This document shows positions 50,501 to 62,855 of a stretch of DNA of 64,000 nt, one piece after another. Origin of the DNA: Raja brachyura. Lineage: Eukaryota. Under the pieces are notes generated by a model. The model was not told the DNA's origin. It did no database searches and saw only the letters and a program-made list of their open reading frames with translations. The DNA is taken from the NCBI GenBank assembly GCA_963514005.1, contig OY740795.1, forward strand, positions 1,488,001 to 1,552,000, written 5' to 3'. A program made the translations under genes and the position numbers. How positions within the stretch are numbered: position 1 is the first letter of the stretch; every line of letters starts with the position of its first letter.

Positions 50501-50900
50501 TGAGTGCTTCCCTTCTCTGCCTCCTGCCTCAGACCCTGTCTACTGGCTTTCTCTATTTGAGTCCCTCCCCCCAATCATTCCAGTTTAAAGTCCCCCCAGT
50601 AGCCTTCGCAAATTTCCCTGCCAGGATACTGGTCCCCCTTGGGTTCAAGTGCAACCCGTCCTTTTTATACAGCTCACTCCTTCCCCAAAAGACGTTCCAT
50701 TGATCCAGAAGCTTGAATCCCTGCCCTCTGCACCAGTCCTTCAACCACGCGTTTATCCTCCACCTCGCTCCATTCCTACTCTCATTGTCGCGTGGCACAG
50801 GAAGTAATCCTGAGATTGTTATCTTTGCGGTTCTTTTCCTTAACTCTCTTCCTAACTCCCTAAATTCTCCTTTCAGGATCTCTTCTCTTTTTCTACCTAT
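47518..50900 (-). mobile_element. Near full-length decayed CR1 LINE (ORF1 SGNH-esterase part, endonuclease, RT, 3' UTR)
   Basis: ISGLLPVPR...INAWLKDWCRGQGF...KDGLHLN (ORF1); YRPPNS/GDFN; NYRPVSLTS; GVPQGS; FADDTKL. Frameshifted. Confidence 0.92.
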
Positions 50901-50924
50901 GTACTGGAGGACAGAGGATCTAAG

Positions 50925-52665
50925 GCGGCAGAGTATCTGAAAGAAATTTTCATTAGGCAAGAAATAGTATTGGGTAGGGTAAGGGGACTGAAGGATGATA
51001 AATCCCCTGGACCTGATGGTCTGCATCCCAGGGTCCTCAGGAAGGTGGCTCTAGAAATAGTGGAAGCATTGGTGATCATTTTCCAATGTTCAGTAGATTC
51101 AGTAGCGGTTCCTGTGGATTGGAGGATAGCTAATGTTATCCCACTTTTCAAGAAAGGAGCGAGAGAGAAAACGGGGAATTACAGACCAGTTAGCCTGACT
51201 TCGGTGGTGGGAAAGATGCTGGAATCAATTATAAAAGAGGTAATAATGGGGCATTTGGATAGCAGTAAAAGGATTAGTCCAAGTCAGCATGGATTTATGA
51301 AAGGGAAATCATGCTTGACTAATCTTCCGGAATTTTTTGAGGATGTGACAAGTAAAATGGATGAAGGGGAGCCAGTGGATGTAGTGTATCTAGACTTTCA
51401 GAAAGCCTTTGATAAGGTCCCGCACGGGAGACTGGTGACTAAAAATAGAGCACATGGTATTGGGGGTAGGGTGTTGACATGGATAGAGAATTGGTTGGCA
51501 GACAGGAAGCAACGAGTAGGAGTGAACGGGTCCTTTTCAGAATGGCAGGCAGTGGCGAGTGGAGTGCCGCAAGGCTCGGAGTTGGGGCCGCAACTGTTTG
51601 CCATATATATTAATGATTTGGAAGAGGGAATTAGGAGCAACACTAGCAAGTTTGCGGATGACACAAAGCTGGGTGGCAGTGTGAACTGTGAAGAGGATGT
51701 TAGGAGGTTGCAGGGGGACCTGGACAGGTTGAGTGAGTGGGCAGATGCGTGGCAGATGCAGTATAATATCGATAAATGTGAGGTTATCCACTCTGGCGGC
51801 AAAAACAAGGGGGCAGATTAGGGGTTAGGTTAGGTAAGGGGGAGGTGCAGCGAGACCTGGGTGTCCTTGTACACCAGTCACTGAAAGTTGGCGTGCAGGT
51901 ACAGCAGGCAGTGAAGAAAGCTAATGGGATGTTGGCCTTCATAACAAGAGGATTTCAGTATAGGAGTAAAGAGGTTCTTCTGCAGTTGTACAGGGCTCTG
52001 GTGAGACCACATCTGGAGTATTGTGTACAGTTTTGGTCTCCTAATTTGAGGAAGGACATCCTTGTGATTGAGGCAGTGCAGCGTAGGTTCACGAGATTGA
52101 TCCCTGGGATGGCGGGACTGTCATATGAGGAAAGATTGAAAAGACTAGGCTTGTATTCATGAGTTTAGAAGGATGAGGGGGGATCTTATAGAAACATATA
52201 AAATTATAAAAGGACTGGACAAGCTAGATGCAGGAAAAATGTTCCCAATGTTGGGTGAGTCCAGAACCAGGGGCCACAGTCTTAGAATAAAGGGGAGGCC
52301 ATTTAAGACTGAGGCGAGATAAAACATTTTCACCCAGAGAATTGTGAATTTGTGGAATTCCCTGCCACAGAGGGCAGTGGAGGCCAAGTCACTGGATGGA
52401 TTTAAGAGAGAGTTAGATAGAGCTCTAGGGGCTGGTGGAGTCAAGGGATATGGGGAGAAGGCAGGCACGGGTTATTGATTGGGGATGATCAGCCATCTTC
52501 TTCGTCTTCTGTCGTGTGTCCTTTAGACCTGTAGCTCCGTTAAGGCGAGCCAGGCCAATGTGTCATCGTCCAGGTCAATCAGACCTCGTTCACCATTTGG
52601 TGAATGGCGGTGCTTGCTCGAAGGGCCGAATGGCCTCCTCCTGCACCTATTTTCTATGTTTCTAT
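50925..52665 (+). mobile_element. CR1 LINE RT and 3' end
   Basis: KSPGPDGLHPRVL...FADDTKLGG...RPHLEYCVQFWSP. Confidence 0.92.
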
Positions 52666-52822
52666 GGGACCCTTCACATCCCCCTGGTCTTCGAACCTTT
52701 CCTCTTTACTCCTGTCCTCTGGGCCTTGATACAGAAAACATTCATCGAACGTTGGGTATTTGGGGCAATGACCCTGGGCTCAAACAAGGAAATCAAACAA
52801 ACGTTGTATTAATGTCAAATGT

Positions 52823-53135
52823 TGGGCGGCACGGTGGCGCAGCGATAGAGCTGCTGCCTCACAGCGCCAGAGCCCGCGTTCCATCCCGACTACGGATGCT
52901 GTCTGTATGGAGTTTGTACGTTCTCCCCGTGACCTGCGTGCGTTTTCTCCGACATCTTCAGTTTCCTCCCAAACTCCAAAAATGTCCAGGTTTGTAGGTT
53001 AATTGGCTTGGTGTAAATGTAAACAATTGTCCCTAGTGTGGGTAGGGTAGGGTAGTGTTAATGTGCAGGGATCGCTGGTTGGCACCGTCTCGGTGGGCTG
53101 AAGGGCCTGTTTCCATGCTCTATTACTAAACTACA
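52823..53135 (+). mobile_element. tRNA-derived SINE (HE1/V-SINE-like); a partial copy lies at ~63763-63880
   Basis: A-box-like ggtggcgcagcg and B-box-like gttccatccc, central ggagtttgtacgttctccccgtgac, and CR1-type tail gaagggcctgtttcc. Confidence 0.75.
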
Positions 53136-53438
53136 CCTAACGGGGTACTCAGTATCTGAAACCTGAGCCCAAGTGTGGGACCTCTCTTCAGCCCACAACT
53201 GGTATTCAGGCTGTGTTAGAGATGTCCCTTAGAGATGACCTCAGCCACTAATGAAAGACCACCTGTCCATGAGGGGCCATCTACAAACATGCACAGCCAA
53301 CCAATCCTCGAGGGTAGACCCCCCTCTCCATGAGGGTCCATCTCCGAGGTCTGTTATTTAGTTTGCCTGACACTACAGATCACCATCTGTGCTGCCCCTT
53401 GCCACACACGATATCTAACTTTCCTGTGTATATTACAG

Positions 53439-53450
53439 GTGCAGCAATGA
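53439..53450 (+). CDS. IgW: IgW TM2 exon (VQQ*, giving cytoplasmic tail KVQQ)
   Basis: ctaactttcctgtgtatattacag|GTG CAG CAA TGA is phase 0, matching the TM1 donor. It lies in the first unique sequence after the CR1-filled intron and is followed ~600 nt later by tandem AATAAA. Confidence 0.75.
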   Translation: MQQ

Positions 53451-54047
53451 CCAGCCGATACACACACATACGCCACATTCACTCAAGAGATCGCCATGCA
53501 GCTGCTGATGTTGGCGAATGGAGTCTCCCTGTCTCTTGCTCACTCACTCACTCGGCAATCCGAGGCTACTGCTCTGCAAACGCTCATTTCAGGAGATAAA
53601 CTTGGAAATGCACTGGGGATGCTGGGGAAGGAACAGGTTGGGACTGAGGGGGCGTGGGGGGGGGGGGGGGGATGACAGGATAGGACATCACTGTGGGGAA
53701 ATGTCAGGGTATGAGACACTGGAGTGGGTGGCATTCAGGAGTGGGAGAGGAAGGCAGGATTAATGTTTGGGAAAGGGGAGCAGGGGATGGGAATGTGATG
53801 AGTGAAGGAGAAGAGGGGAGTGTGGGAGGGGGAGGGAGGGGTGCGCTGATATTGTGGAGCCAGAAGGGGGCATGGGGAGGGGAGAAGGACCAGGAAGCAA
53901 TGTGGTGGAGGGGGGGAGGGTGGGGGGCGATGCTCGGGGACTTGCTCAATCAGATTTTGTGAATCAGATGTTGTTTAACTCATTGTCTGCAGCTTATTTT
54001 ACACTTTTCTGCTGAACTGCATGTTTTGATTTGAAACGAGATACATA

Positions 54048-54095
54048 AATAAAAGAAAATAAACTCCAAACATTACATGTTCTTGTTGTCATCAC
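54048..54095 (+). terminator. Poly(A) signals of the membrane form
   Basis: AATAAA at 54048-54053 and 54058-54063, with downstream tgttcttgttgt. Confidence 0.7.
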
Positions 54096-55934
54096 TTTAC
54101 TCATCACCTTAGGGACTTCAGCTGAGGATGTTGCCAGGACTTTTACGAGGATGTTGCCAGGACTCTATGAGGATGTTGCCAGGACTCGAGGGTGTGAGCT
54201 ACAGGGAGAGGTTCAGTAGGCTGGGTCTCTATTCCATGGAGCGTAGGAGGATGAGGGGTGATCTTATAGAGGTGTACAAAATCATGAGAGGAATAGATCG
54301 GGTAGACCCAGAGTAGGGGAATCGAGGACCAGAGGACATGGGTTCAAGGTGAAGGGGAAAAGATTTAAAAGGAATCCGAGGGGTAACTTTTTCACGCAGT
54401 ATGGGTGTATGGAACGAGCTGCCGGAGGAGGTAGTCCATCGTTTAAGAAACAGTTGGACAGGTACATGGATGGGACAGGTTTGGAGGGATATGGACCAAG
54501 CGCAGGCAAGTGGGACTAGGGTAGCTGGGACATTGTTGGCTGGTGTGGGCGAGTTGGGCCGAAGGGCCTGTTTCCACACTGTATTAATCTATCACTCTAT
54601 GAGTGCACCAAATACACCAGATACTGGGCTAAAACGCATCAGGAGAGGAGGACATGGACAGGTTCAGAATGGGATACAACAGATACTGAGGGATCAACAT
54701 CAGCACCCGATCCAAATGGCGTAAGTCCGAGGGCCAGACATTGGAGGAAAGCCCAAGGGGAAAAAGACATTGGGGACAATGGTAGGCCTCCGGGGAGTGT
54801 TGTAGAGCAGAGGGATCTAGGAGTACAGATGCATTGTTCCTTGAAGGTGGAGTCGCAGGTAGATAAGGTGGTCAAAAATACTTTTGACACATTGGCTTTC
54901 ATCAGTCAGAGTATTGAGTATAGAAGTTGGGAGGTCATGTTCGAATTCTCTGCCTCAGAGGGTGGTGGAGGCCGGTTCTCTGGATACTTTCAAAAGATTG
55001 CTAGATAGGGCTCTTAAAGATAGCGGAGTCAGGGGATATGGGGAGAAGGCAGGAGCAGGGTACTGATTGGGGATGATCAGCCATGATCACATTGAATGGC
55101 GGTGGTGGCTCGAAGGACCAAATGGCCTCCTCCTGCACCTATTGTCTATTGTCTATTATATGTCATTGATGGGACCACATTTAGAGTATTGTGTTCAGTT
55201 CTGGGCACAATGTTATTGGGAAGATGTCAACAGGCTGGAAAGGGTACAGAGAAGTTTTGTATGTTGCCAGGATATCAGGGTCTGCTATAGGGAGAGGTTG
55301 AGTAGGCTGGGTCTCTAATCCTTGGAGCGCAGGAGGACGAGGGGTGACCTTATAGAGGTGTACAAAATCATGAGAGGAATAGATTGGGTAGATGCACAGA
55401 GTCTCTTGCCCAGAGTAGGGGAATCGAGGACCAGAGGACATAGGTTGAAGGTGAAGGGGAAAAGATTGAATAGGAATCTGAGGGGTAACTTTTCCACACA
55501 GAGGGTGGTGGGTGTATGGAACGAGCTGCCGGAGGAGGTAGTTGAGGCTGGGACTATCCCAATATTTAAGAAACAGTTGGACAGGTACATGGAAGGATGT
55601 GGGCCAAACACAGGCAGGTGGGACTAGTGTAGATGGGACTTGGAAACAATTAATGAAATCAATATTCATACTGCTGGGTTGTAAGCTGTCCAAGTGAAAT
55701 ATGAGATGCTCTTCCTCCAATTTGTGTTTTGTCTCACTCTGACAGTGCAGGAGTCCCAGGACAGAGAGGTCAGTGTGGGAAGTGGAAGCGGTTCTTGAGC
55801 CTGCTGGTCCGGCAGCTGAGGGACCTGTAGCGTCTCCCGGATGGGAGGAGGGTAAGCAGTCAATGGTTGGGGTGTGAGCTGTCCCTGGCGACGCTGTGCG
55901 CCCTGCGCAGGCATCGTTTACTATGGACAGACTC

Positions 55935-56365
55935 AATGGGGGGGGAGTGAGGAGCCTGTGATGCGTTGGGCGATCTTCACCACCCTCTGCAGAGCGTTCC
56001 GGTCGGCGACAGAGCAGTTGCCGTCCCGTACTGTGATGCAGTTGGTAAGGATGCTCTCGATGGTGCGGCGGTAGAAGTTCACCAGAATCTGGGGAGACAG
56101 GTGGACCTTCTTGAGTCTCCTCAGGAAGAAGAGACGCTGGTGAGCCTTCTTGATCAGCGAGGATGCGTTGTGGGTCCAGGAGAGGTCATCGGAAATGTTG
56201 ACCCCCAGGAACCTGAAGCTGGAGACACGTTCCACCTCCGTCCCGCTGATATGGATGGGGGTGTGCGTGCAGCCTCTCGATCTCCTGAAGTCCACAATGA
56301 GCTCCTTGGTCTTCTTGGAGTTGAGGGCCAGGTTATTGTTGGCACACCATGCTGTTAGCAGCTGA
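55935..56365 (-). mobile_element. Rex1/Babar-type LINE fragment
   Basis: VERVSSFRFLGVNISDDLSW...KKAHQRLFFLRRLKK. Confidence 0.78.
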
Positions 56366-57798
56366 ACCTAACAGATGAGGTTGGAAGAGGTGCAAGTGAA
56401 GTGAACCAGCATTTATTTCCTGTCCACAACTGCTTTTTGAACTGGGTGTTTCCCTTGGCCATTTCAGAGATGAGCCTGGAGTCACATAACGAGACCAGGT
56501 AAAGTCAGCAGATGCTCTTCCCTGAAGCTTACAGTCATGGGTTTAGACACCAATGGTAGACATAAATGCTGGAGAAACTCAGCGGGTGAGGCAGCATCTC
56601 TGGAGCGAAGGAATAGGTGACGTTTTGGGTCGAGACCCTCCTTCGGACTGATGCGTGGGTTCGGGAGGGCGGCAAGAAAAAAGGAAGAGGCGGAGATAGT
56701 GTTTGCAGTGGGAGAGCTGGGAAGGGGAGGGGAAAGAAGGAGAAAGCAAGGACTACCTGAAATAACGGGATGAACCTTGACTTCTCCAATTTCAGGTAGT
56801 CCTTGCTTTTTCCATCTTCCCAGCTCTCCCACAGCCCACTGCCTCCGCCTCTGCCTTTGTTTTACCCACCTCCCCCCGATCCCCACATCAGTCTGAAGAA
56901 GGGTGTCGACTTCCTTCTCTCATTAGATGCTGCCGCACCCGCTGAGTTTCTCCAGCATTTTTGTCTACCTTCGATTTTTCCGGCATCTGCAGTTCCTTCT
57001 TAAACAATCTCTTTCCCAATGTCACAGCTACAGACACAGGCCTTTAATTTCACAGATTTAAGGAACTGAGTTTAAACTCCTCACCGCTGTGGTGTGGTGG
57101 GAACACAGTCTCTAGATCACAGACCCAACTTCTGAATTACATCATTCACTTGAACATTGTGCCAGTGTACCCCAACTGAACCACAATACAGAGAGGCCAA
57201 CAACAACTGTGCTAATACCACATACCACACCCAGCCCACTCACACTGCCTTCGTTCCATCTACCTCCTTGTCCTCTCTCTTTCTCTCTCCTGCTCCACAC
57301 ACTGATTCCTCTGCCTTCCACTTTATAACACACTGCAACAATCTGCCTTTCGCTCGATTATACATCATTTTTTACCTATCTCCTCTCTCTCCGTGCTTGT
57401 CTCTCCCTGTCTATGTCTCTCACTGTCTCTGTCTGTCTCTCTCACTCTGTCTGGTTCTGTCTCTCTCTGTCCCTCACTGTTTCTCCCCGTCTCTCTGTCT
57501 TTGTCTCTCTATTTTTGTCTCTCTCTTTCTGTCTCAACAAGACGACATCTTCCATGTTCCACAACAGCACGGTGACAGCAGCCAAAGTCAAAGTCAAAGT
57601 CAAAAGAGTTTATTGTCATGTGTCCCTGACAGGACAATGAAAATCTTTCTTTGCATAGCACAACAGAACATAGAAGGCATTGACTACAATTATATACGTA
57701 AATACACACATGAATTAATAAATTAATAAAGTGCAAATAACAGATGGAGGGATATTAATGTTCAGAGTTTTGTCCGAGCCAGGTTTAATATCCTGATG

Positions 57799-59552
57799 TT
57801 CAAAGCTTGGGATATTTTTTTATAACCTAACCCTGCTTTAAACTTCTCCACAACTTTATCCCTGACCTGTCTGGTGTGTTCCTTGGGCTTCATGATGCTG
57901 TTTGTTCACTAATGTTCTCTAACAAACCTCTGAGGCCTTCACAGAACAGCCTGATTTATACTGAGTGTTACACAAAAAGCTGGAGAAACTCAGCGGGTGC
58001 AGCAGCATCTAAGGAGCGAAGGAGATAGGCGACGTTTCGGGTCGAGACCCTTCTTCAGACTGGTCAGGGATCAGGGAAACGAGAGATATAAACAGTGATA
58101 TGGAGAGATAAAGCAAGAACAATGAGTGAAAGATATGCAAAAAAGTATTGGTGATAAGGAAAGCAGGCCATTGTAAGCTGTTTCTGGTGTGAAAATGAGA
58201 AGCTAGTGCGACTTGGGGGGGGGGGGGGAGATGGAGAAGGAATGTCAGGGCCCGAGGGCTGAGGGAGAGGTGGGGGGGGTGGGGGGAAGGGAGCAGTCTG
58301 GGTTAACAGAATTGAGAAAATTCAATGTTTAAGCCCAGAGGATGCAGACTCCCCAAGCGGAATATGAGATGTTGTTCCTCAAACTTGCGGTGTTGCTCAC
58401 TCTGGCCATGGAGGAGGCCCAGGACCGAGAGGTCGGATACGGAGTGGGAGGGGGAGTTGAAGTGCTGAGCCACTGGGAGGTCGGGTTGGTTATTGCGGAC
58501 CGAGCGGAGGTGTTCGGCGAAACGATCGCCCAGCCTCCGCTTGGTCTCACCGATGTAGATTAGCTGGCATCTGGAGCAACGGATGCAGTAAAAGGTGCAG
58601 ATGCTCCAGATGCCAGCTAATCTACATCGGTGAGACGAAGCGGAGGCTAGGCGATCGTTTCGCCGAACACCTCCGCTCGGTCCGCAATAACCAACCCGAC
58701 CTCCCGGTGGCTCAGCACTTCAACTCCCCCTCCCACTCCGTATCCGACCTCTCGGTCCTGAGCCTCCTCCATGGCCAGAGTGAACAACACCGCAAGTTTG
58801 AGGAACAACATCTCATATTCCGCTTGGGGAGTCTGCATCCTCTGGGCTTAAACATTGAATTTTCTCAATTCTGTTAACCCAGGCTGCCTCCTCCCCACCT
58901 CTCCCTCAGCCCTCGGGCCCTGGCATTCCTTCTCCATCTCCCCCCCCCCCCCCCCCCAAGTCGCACTAGCTTCTCATTTTCACACCAGAAACAGCTTACA
59001 ATGGCCTGCTTTCCTTATCACCAATACTTTTTTGCATATCTTTCACTCATTGTTCTTGCTTTATCTCTCCATATCACTGTTTATATCTCTCGTTTCCCTG
59101 ATCCCTGACCAGTCTGAAGAAGGGTCTCGACCCGAAACGTCGCCTATCTCCTTCACTCCTTAGATGCTGCTGCACCCGCTGAGTTTCTCCAGCTTTTTGT
59201 GTAACCCTCGATTCTCCAGCATCTGCAGTTCCTTCTTTAACACTGATTTATACTGAGATTAGATTACACACAAGTGGACTCTATTTACTAATTAGGTGAC
59301 TTCTGAAGGCAATTGGTTACACTGGATTTTATTTAGGGGTATCAGAGTAAAGGGGGCTGAATACTTATGCACGCCACACTTTTCAGTTTTTTATTTGTAA
59401 AATGTATCATTTTCCTTCCACTTCACAATTATGCGCCACTTTGTGTTGGTCTATCACATAAAATCCCAATAAAATACATTTACGTTTGTGGTTGTAACGT
59501 GACAAAATGTGGAAAGGTTCAAGGGGTATGAATACTTTTGCAAGCCACTGTA
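57799..59552. mobile_element. Truncated Tc1/mariner element with one TIR, containing the Penelope insertion
   Basis: Ends in gaatacttttgcaagccactg|ta, the reverse complement of a Tc1-type terminus ta|cagtggcttgcaaaagtattc. Confidence 0.75.
57966..59242. mobile_element. Penelope-like element inserted as a ~610-bp inverted duplication with a 15-bp TSD
   Basis: GIY-YIG peptide IYIGETKRRLGDRFAEHLRSVRNNQPDLPVAQHFNSPSH on both strands. TSD ctgatttatactgag at 57951-57965 and 59243-59257. Confidence 0.88.
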
Positions 59553-60050
59553 CGTAAATACACACATGAATTAATAAATTAATAAAGTGCAAATAACAGA
59601 TGGAGGGATATTAATGTTCATAGTTTTGTCCGAGCCAGGTTTAATAGCCTGATGGCTGTGGGGAAGTAGCTATTCCTAAACCGGGTTGTTGCAGTCTTCA
59701 GGCTCCTGTACCTTCTACCCGAAGGTAGCAGGGAGATGAGTGTGTGGCCAGGGTGGTGTGGGTCCTTGATGATGCTGCCAGCCTTTTTGAGGCAGCGACT
59801 GCGATAAATCCCCTCGATGGAAGGAAGGTCAGAGCCGATGATGGACTGGGCAGTGTTTACTACTTTTTGTAGTCTTTTCCTCTCCAGGGCGCTCAAGTTG
59901 CCGAACCAAGCCACGATGCAACCGGTCAGCAAGCTCTCTACTGTGCACGTGTAGAAGTTAGAGAGAGTCCTCCTTGACAGACCAACTCTCCGTAATCTTC
60001 TCAGGAAGTAGAGGCGCTGATGTGCTTTCTTAATAATTGCATCTGTGTTC
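59553..60050 (-). mobile_element. Rex1/Babar-type LINE 3' part; its tail continues at ~57585-57798
   Basis: IIKKAHQRLYFLRRLRR...TRFRNSYFPTAIRLLN. Confidence 0.78.
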
Positions 60051-60064
60051 TCGGAGCAGGAACG

Positions 60065-62855
60065 ATAGAAACATAGAAACATAGACAACAGGTGCAGGAG
60101 TAGGCCATTCGGCCCTTCGAGCCTGCACCGCCATTCAATATGATCATGGCTGATCATCCAACTCAGTATCCCATACCTGCCTTCTCTCCATACCCTCTGA
60201 TCCCCTTACCCACAAGGTCCACATCTAACTCCCTCTTAAATATAGCCAATGAACTGGCCTCAACTACCCTCTGTGGCAGAGAGTTCCAGAGACCCACCAC
60301 TCTCTGTGTGAAAAAATTCTTTCTCATCTCGGTCCTAAAGGATTTCCCCCTTATCCTTAAGCTGTGACCCCTTGTCCTGGACTCCCCAACATCGGGAACA
60401 ATCTTCCTGCATCTAGCCTGTCCAACCCCTTAAGAATTTTGTAAGGTTCTATAAGATCCCCTCTCAATCTCCTAAATTCTAGAGAGTATAAACGGAGTCT
60501 ATCCAGTCTTTGTTCATAAGACAGTCCTGACATCCCAGGAATCAGTCTGGTGAACCTTCTCTGCACTCCCTCTATGGCAAGAATGTCTTTCCTCAGTTTT
60601 GGAGACCAGAACTGTACGCAATACTCCAGGTGTGGCCTCACCAAGACCCTGTACAACTGAAGTAGAACCTCCCTGCTCCTATACTCAAATCCTTTTGCTA
60701 TGAATGCTAACATACCATTTGCTTTCTTCACTGCCTGCTGCACCTGCATGCCTACTTTCAATGACTGGTGTACCATGACACCCAGGTCGCGTTGCATCTC
60801 CCCTTTTCCGAATCGGCCACCATTTAGATAATAGTCTGTTTTCCTATTTTTGCCACCAAAGTGGATAACCTCACATTTATCCACATTATACTGCATCTGC
60901 CATGCATTTGCCCACTCACCCAGCCTATCCAAGTCACCTTGCAGCCTCCTAGCATCCTCCTCACAGCTAACACTGCCCCCCAGCTTAGTGTCATCCGCAA
61001 ACTTGGAGATATTGCCTTCTATTCCCTCATCCAGATCATTTATGTATATTGTAAATAGCTGGGGTCCCAGCACTGAGCCTTGCGGTACCCCACTGGTCAC
61101 TGTCTGCCATTGTGAAAACGACCCGTTTACTCCTACTCTTTGCTTCCTGTTTGCCAGCCAGTTCTCTATCCACATCAATACTGAACCCCCAATGCCATAT
61201 GCTTTAAGTTTATATACTAATCTCTTATGTGGGACCTTGTCGAGAGCCTTCTGGAAGTCCAGATACACCACACCCACTGGTTCTCCCCTATCCACGCTAC
61301 TAGTTACATCCTCGAAAAATTCCACAAGATTCGTCAGACATGATTTACCTTTCGTAAATCCATGCTGACTTTGTCCAATGATTTCACCACTTTCCAAATG
61401 TGCTGCTATCCCATCTTTAATAACTGACTCTAGCAGTTTCCCCACTACCGATGTTAGACTAACTGGTCTGTAATTCCCCGTTTTCTCTCTCCCCCCCCTT
61501 CTTAAAAAGAGGGGTTATGTTTGCTACCCGCCAATCCTCAGGAACTACTCCAGAATCTAAATAGTTTTGAAAGATTATCACTAACGCATCCACTATTTCC
61601 GGAGCTACTTCCTTAAGTACTCTGGGATGCAGCCTATCTGGCCCTGGGGATTTATCGGCCTTTAATCCATTCAATTTACCCAACACCACTTCCCGACTAA
61701 CCTGGATTTCACTCAAGTACTCCTTTGACCCGCGGTCCCCTGCTATTTCCGGCAGATTATTTGTCTTCCTTAGTGAAGACGGAACCAAAGTAGTTATTCA
61801 ATTGGTCCGCCATATCCTTGTTCCCCATGATCAACTCACCTGCTTCAGACTGCAAGGGACCTACATTTGTTTTAACTAATCTCTTTCTCTTCACATATCT
61901 ATAAAAACTTTTGCAGTCAGTTTTTATGTTCCCTGCCAGTTTTCTTTCATAATCTATTTTTCCTTTCCTAATCAAGCCCTTTGTCCTTCTCTGCTGGTCT
62001 CTGAATTTCTTCCAGTCCTCTGGTATGCTGCTTTTTCTGGCTACTTTGTACGCATCATCCTTTGCTTTAGAAACATAGAACCATAGAAAAATAGGTGCAG
62101 GAGTAGGCCATTCGGCCCTTCGAGCCTGCACCGCCATTCAATGTGATCATGGCTGATCATCCAACTCAGTATCCCGTACCTGCCTTCTCTCCATACCCCC
62201 TGATCCCTTTAGCCACAAGTGCCACATCTAACGCCCTCTTAAATATAGCCAATGAACTGGCCTCAACTACCTTCTGTGGCAGAGAATTCCAGAGACTCAC
62301 CACTCTCTGTGTAAAGAATGTTTTCCTCATCTCGGTCCTAAAGGATTTCCCCCTTATCCTTAGACTGTGACCCCTTGTTCTGGACTCCCCCAACATCGGG
62401 AACAATCTTCCAGGATCTAGCTTGTCCAATCCCTTAAGAATTTTGTAAGTTTCTATAAGGTCCCCCCTCAATCTAAATTCCAGCGAGTACAAGCCGAGTC
62501 TATCCAGTCTTTCCTCATATGAAAGTCCTGACATCCCAGGAATCAGTCTGGTGAATCTTCTCTGTACCCCCTCTATGGCAAGGATGTCTTTCCTCAGATT
62601 TGGAGACCAAAACTGTACGCAATACTCCAGGTGTGGCCTCACCAAAACCCTGTACAACTGCAGTAGAACCTCCCTGCTCCTATACTCAAATCCTTTCGCT
62701 ATGAATGCTAACATACCATTTGCTTTCTTCACTGCCTGCTGCACCTGCATGCCTACTTTCAATGACTGGTGTACCATGACACCCTGGTCTCGTTGCATCT
62801 CCCCTTTTCCTAATCTGCCACCATTCAGATAATAGTCTACCCTCATGTTTTTGCC
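60065..62855 (-). mobile_element. Two tandem or nested CR1 LINE copies
   Basis: A 362-aa RT ORF (QHGFTKGKSCLTNL...FADDTKL) and two 3' UTRs with catagaaa tails. Confidence 0.92.
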
